DNA of 23,936 nucleotides from a virus: UHGV virus genome UHGV-0360783; one strand, 5' to 3'. Shown piece by piece: positions 20,747 to 23,936 of this stretch (position 1 is its first letter; each line of letters starts with the position of its first letter). The notes under the pieces were generated by a model. It saw only the letters and a program-made list of their open reading frames with translations, ran no database searches and was not told where the DNA came from. The position numbers and the translations under genes were made by a program.

Positions 20747-21271
20747 ATGAAGTTATGGCCTGTGTTGACTGGCATTGCACTCTCTTTCACTCTTATAGCA
20801 TGTAAGGCCCCGACACCACCTAAAGGTGTGCAGCCGATTACAAATTTTGACGCCAACCGCTACCTCGGAAAATGGTATGAAATAGCTCGCCTCGAGAACC
20901 GGTTCGAACGTGGTCTGGAACAGGTCAGCGCTACCTATGGAAAACGGAACGACGGAGGGATTCGTGTACTTAACCGTGGATACGATCCAACGAAAAATAA
21001 ATGGAGCGAGAGCGAAGGTAAAGCATACTTTACTGGAGATACTAAAACTGCAGCGTTGAAGGTTTCGTTTTTTGGCCCCTTCTATGGTGGCTATAATGTA
21101 ATCAAACTGGATGATGAGTATAAGTATGCTCTTGTCAGTGGTCCGAACAGAGAATACCTATGGATTCTGGCAAGGACCCCAACTATTCCAGATAAAGTAA
21201 AAGCAGACTATGTGCGAACCGCTCAAAAGTTGGGATTCAATGTCAATGAATTATTATGGGTTAAACAATAA
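20747..21271 (+). CDS. Bacterial lipocalin (Blc-like) outer-membrane lipoprotein
   Basis: 174-aa ORF MKLWPVLTGIALSFTLIACKAPTPPKGVQPITNFDANRYLGKWYEIARLENRFERGLEQVSATYG...KVSFFGPFYGGYNVIKLDDEY...YLWILARTP... with lipobox LIAC and the lipocalin motifs of E. coli Blc (GxWYEIAR, SFFGPFYGGYNVI). AGGA RBS. Divergent from the DUF523 gene. Confidence 0.88.
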   Translation: MKLWPVLTGIALSFTLIACKAPTPPKGVQPITNFDANRYLGKWYEIARLENRFERGLEQVSATYGKRNDGGIRVLNRGYDPTKNKWSESEGKAYFTGDTKTAALKVSFFGPFYGGYNVIKLDDEYKYALVSGPNREYLWILARTPTIPDKVKADYVRTAQKLGFNVNELLWVKQ

Positions 21272-21300
21272 AATCCCTACCCGAAATAATACTTATTAGA

Positions 21301-21326
21301 AAAAAACCAGCCTTTGGGGAGGCTGG
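21301..21326 (-). terminator. Intrinsic terminator downstream of Q (tR'-like)
   Basis: Minus strand reads CCAGCCT-CCCCAA-AGGCTGG followed by TTTTTT (plus-strand hairpin 21307-21326, A6 at 21301-21306). Lies about 100 nt after the Q stop, where lambdoid phages place tR'. Confidence 0.55.
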
Positions 21327-21426
21327 CTAAATCAGGAAACAAGCTGTTATATGATAATAACTACGTTGCGATTCCAACATTTAAAATGTTAGACTAATGA
21401 GAATCAGACAGCAACTTTTCCTTTAA
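21327..21426 (-). promoter_or_regulatory. Putative late promoter pR' / qut region and short 6S-like leader
   Basis: Position between the Q stop and the tR'-like hairpin. Candidate minus-strand elements TTGCTG-17nt-TAACAT or TTGGAA-17nt-TCATAT are weak matches only. Assigned by position, not strong motif evidence. Confidence 0.3.
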
Positions 21427-21804
21427 TTATTTCGAACAATCAGCATCCATCTCCAATCGGAGATCCAACACCATCAGCATACCCTCCACTACGCCCTCAG
21501 CTTTCTGGAGCATCCTGCCAACCCAACAATCAGATCGCCCATGCTTACGTGCAAGCGCCATAAAAGTCATGCCGCCGACATAATAGTCCACCAATAAATC
21601 ATGCAAATCGCTGTTGTTCTTTTTCAGACGGGCCATGCACCCGCAAATGATCATCGCGTCATCGTCACAACATTGCGGGCGAGATTTTACTTTTGAAGGA
21701 ATTAATCCCTTAAAACCGGCGGCAATGGACGACCAGGTCACATCTTCATGATTATTAGCCGCCCACGCTCCCCAACGCTCAAGAACCATCTGAATATCAC
21801 GCAT
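21427..21804 (-). CDS. quuD: Late-gene antiterminator Q (small DLP12 QuuD-type)
   Basis: 125 codons from the ATG at 21804 (GGAG RBS) reading [62 protein letters not shown]..., which matches my recollection of DLP12 QuuD. The track ORF starts at an upstream TTG. Synteny rusA-ylcG-Q. Confidence 0.85.
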   Translation of the reverse strand: MRDIQMVLERWGAWAANNHEDVTWSSIAAGFKGLIPSKVKSRPQCCDDDAMIICGCMARLKKNNSDLHDLLVDYYVGGMTFMALARKHGRSDCWVGRMLQKAEGVVEGMLMVLDLRLEMDADCSK

Positions 21805-21889
21805 CAACTTACTCCACAAAACTCAGACCAGAACGCCAATTACAAGCAAAAATCAACAAAACAGTATTAGTTGATTGTTATCTCTGACT

Positions 21890-22030
21890 TCATACTCCTG
21901 CTCCTGTCAGTGTTTTGGCGTAATTCTTCAGTATTCGGTAATCGGTCAAAACAGAGCCGGGGAAACGATATAAGCGCAGACGCCCCCAGCGGTGGCGAAG
22001 AAGTTCTGCCATATTAAACTCAAACATCAT
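21890..22030 (-). CDS. ylcG: Small protein YlcG-like (46 aa)
   Basis: My translation gives [46 protein letters not shown]. The ATG overlaps the rusA stop (ATGA). Below the 60-aa cutoff of the supplied track. Position between rusA and Q as in DLP12. Confidence 0.55.
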   Translation of the reverse strand: MMFEFNMAELLRHRWGRLRLYRFPGSVLTDYRILKNYAKTLTGAGV

Positions 22031-22389
22031 TCATTCCCCATTTCGGTGATGGTCAGTTCCAGCCTCCCACCTTTGGTAACAGGCATCTTCACAACGCGGT
22101 AATCAACGACCTGAGCATCATCCAGCCAGAAACCTGCTTTAGTGAGTGCGTCAAAAGCGGCTTTTTGCAGATTATCCAGGTCACGGCGACGGCGATCCGG
22201 CATGTGGCACTCAATGCGGATTTTCACAGGCATAGCCAGGCCGATATCCAGCATTGCGTTTTTAATGATTCGGGCGACGTTATCGCGGTATGCCTGCCCC
22301 TCTGCACTGACGTGCGTGCGCCCGCGATTATGGCGGTAATAGCGATTATTGCTCGGAGGCCAGGGTAATGTGATACTGTAGGTATTCAC
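22027..22389 (-). CDS. rusA: Holliday junction resolvase RusA
   Basis: 120-aa [123 protein letters not shown], matching E. coli RusA as I remember it. Confidence 0.95.
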   Translation of the reverse strand: MNTYSITLPWPPSNNRYYRHNRGRTHVSAEGQAYRDNVARIIKNAMLDIGLAMPVKIRIECHMPDRRRRDLDNLQKAAFDALTKAGFWLDDAQVVDYRVVKMPVTKGGRLELTITEMGNE

Positions 22390-22676
22390 GCCTTAATAAC
22401 CCCCTCTTTCAGCCAGATAACCTGTGTTCTCGCCATACCTTCCAGCGCGCATTCTTTTGCATATGCAGCATCGACAAAATGTGTGCGGCGGTCGATTTCG
22501 TCGTGGCAGGCAGAACATGCAATGGTGGCAATCAGGTCTGGCGGTTTGATACCGGTACCGCACAATCCAGCCAGCCGGATATGTGCCAGTACAGACGTTT
22601 CAGAATTGCCATTACATACGCCAGGGATTCTTACCTGGCATTCCCGACCACGCGCTGCTTTTCTCAAATCAGCCAT
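22386..22676 (-). CDS. ybcO: YbcO-like protein (DUF1364, putative nuclease)
   Basis: 96 codons from [67 protein letters not shown]..., with a GGAGG RBS 5 nt upstream. The track ORF has 13 extra codons. ATGA overlap with the rusA start. Confidence 0.85.
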   Translation of the reverse strand: MADLRKAARGRECQVRIPGVCNGNSETSVLAHIRLAGLCGTGIKPPDLIATIACSACHDEIDRRTHFVDAAYAKECALEGMARTQVIWLKEGVIKA

Positions 22677-22838
22677 GATTCCTCCTTGCTGCCAGTCGCA
22701 ACCATTTTTTATCAACCAGGCTAGCGGTATATCCGAGCAGTGTTGGTATTTCGGATGGCTTCAGCTCAGGCTTACGCTTACGACGATTTGATACTCTGTA
22801 GATGTGTCCGTTCATGACACGAATAAGCGGTGTAGCCA
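22668..22838 (-). CDS. ninE: NinE-like small protein (56 aa)
   Basis: My translation gives [56 protein letters not shown]. The ATG immediately follows the ybcN stop (TAAATG) and the 3' end overlaps the ybcO start. Below the track cutoff. Confidence 0.7.
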
Positions 22839-23294
22839 TTACGCCTCCTGCTTGTCGCGGAGCAGCTGGAACTCGCAGCTCTGCGGAATAGTCAGGTGGC
22901 AGCCAATATTCACCGCCCAGGCTTCAACCTTACACAGGAAGACATACATCTCTCCGGTATCAAGATCGGAGGTATGGCGTAACGACTGGATAGTGGTGAT
23001 ATCACCGGTTACGACATCAACCAGGTCTTTGGTTTCATAACCGAGATATGTGTGTTTGAGAGCATCTTTTACCCAAGCTGGAGTGGCGAACGTTTTACCC
23101 CTGCTGATGAGGTATTCACTGATTTCGCTGTACCACATGTGGCTGAGTGCATTCTGGGAAATACTGCGTTTCTCACGCCACGGTTTAAGCACCATGCGAA
23201 AGCATTTGCCCTCCTCCAGATAAGGCTGGATCTGCCGACCGATAGCGGTGAAGTTGCCGCGATGTAATTTGATGCCGTCTTGTGAGAGGTTCAC
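22839..23294 (-). CDS. ybcN: YbcN-like protein (DLP12 YbcN family, reported DNA base-flipping protein)
   Basis: 151-aa ORF (M)[61 protein letters not shown]... with a GTG start preceded by GGAGG. Confidence 0.88.
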
Positions 23295-23392
23295 GCTTCA
23301 CCTCCGCAGAGGTCAAACGCTAGATGCAAAGAATTGCAGGTGCATTTCTGCATCTGTGAAGGGAGAAGAGAGTTTGGATTGTATGTGCGCAT
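23291..23392 (-). CDS. Small ORF (33 aa), possibly YlcH-like
   Basis: My translation gives [33 protein letters not shown]. Its stop overlaps the ybcN GTG start (GTGA), suggesting translational coupling. Identity is not confirmed. Confidence 0.4.
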
Positions 23393-23508
23393 AAACGTCC
23401 CCGTTTAGCGCAGAAGTCACCGGAGTTGTTCAGGCTCCGGTAACATAATTATGCCGTGTTGATTTCCCAAAATCAAAATCGATAGAATTGCTCCTTCTTA
23501 AAACACTT

Positions 23509-23797
23509 TTACTCTCTGGAAGCTTTTCTTATCTCTCTTGGTGTTATATTAAAACGATTATGAAATCTTTCAGTAAAACGAGAAGGACACTTATAACCAT
23601 TTTCTCTGGCAATCTCGCTTATAGGTTTTACCGTCGTTTGTATAGCAGACAACGCATTATTTAACCTCACATCGTCCAGTATACTTTGGAAACTTACCCC
23701 CTCGCTTGCTAGACGGCGATGTAATGTAGAAACAGAAATGTAGAGATATCGAGCAACCTTGTTTGCTGTCCATTTTGTGCCGGGTTCGGATAGCAGC
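23509..23797 (-). pseudogene. 3' fragment of an AraC/XylS-family regulator gene (ybcM-like) truncated by the IS2 insertion
   Basis: My translation gives ...[95 protein letters not shown], an AraC-type HTH domain. There is no in-frame Met; the frame runs directly into the IS2 terminus at 23798. Confidence 0.7.
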
Positions 23798-23936
23798 TAG
23801 ACTGGCCCCCTGAATCTCCAGACAACCAATATCACTTAAATAAGTGATAGTCTTAATACTAGTTTTTAGACTAGTCATTGGAGAGCAGATGATTGATGTC
23901 TTAGGACCGGAGAAACGCAGACGGCGTACTACACAG
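23798..23936 (+). mobile_element. IS2 (IS3 family) terminal region: left inverted repeat and start of orfA; the element continues beyond the window end
   Basis: Sequence TAGACTGGCCCCCTGAATCTCCAGACAACCAATATCACTTAAATAAGTGATAGTCTTAATACTAGTTTTTAGACTAGTCATTGGAG... matches the IS2 end as I remember it, followed by the OrfA start. Confidence 0.88.
23888..23936 (+). CDS. insC: IS2 transposase OrfA (InsC), first 16 codons only
   Basis: ATG at 23888 translating MIDVLGPEKRRRRTTQ, the IS2 InsC N-terminus. Confidence 0.85.

Noticed and set aside
18325-21426. Possibility of stx genes or a tRNA cluster between Q and S, as in Stx phages
   Set aside because: No ORF resembles the StxA/StxB subunits, and I saw no sequence with tRNA-like features (acceptor stem with T-loop GTTCRANYC); the region is instead occupied by the lipocalin, DUF523-DUF1722 and AraC genes.
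21427-21819. Track-predicted 130-aa Q ORF beginning MWSKLM
   Set aside because: The first codon is a TTG with no RBS; the ATG at 21804 has GGAG 7 nt upstream and gives the MRDIQMV... N-terminus, so the shorter call is used.
23657-23878. 73-aa minus-strand ORF (MTSLKTSIKTITYLSDIGCLEIQ...)
   Set aside because: It is in a different frame from the AraC HTH fragment it overlaps and starts inside the IS2 inverted repeat; it is an artefact of the IS/gene junction.

Overview
This window is the late region of a lambdoid prophage of the E. coli type, with the late operon on the minus strand. Reading from high to low coordinates: an IS2 end inserted into an AraC-family (ybcM-like) gene; the nin-region genes ylcH-like/ybcN/ninE/ybcO/rusA/ylcG; a small Q-type antiterminator (QuuD-like) with a putative pR' and tR' hairpin; a roughly 3 kb cargo island (Blc-like lipocalin lipoprotein on the plus strand, a DUF523-DUF1722 protein, and an AT-rich AraC-family regulator split by a frameshift in a T7 tract); a phage-21-type lysis cassette (pinholin S, SAR endolysin R, Rz with embedded Rz1); bor on the plus strand; an internal cos site (cosN 16338-16349); then an apparently intact lambda-type morphogenesis module Nu1-A-W-B-C(Nu3)-D-E-FI-FII-Z-U-V-G/T-H-M-L-K-I and the first 293 codons of J, which runs off the window start. 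Protein identities were assigned by reading the supplied translations and my own reverse-complement translations against remembered lambda, phage 21 and DLP12 proteins; no database search was run, so no identity percentages are given. The most interesting region is the cargo island between Q and the lysis genes, the position occupied by stx or nmpC in related phages. No CRISPR array, tRNA or rRNA was seen.
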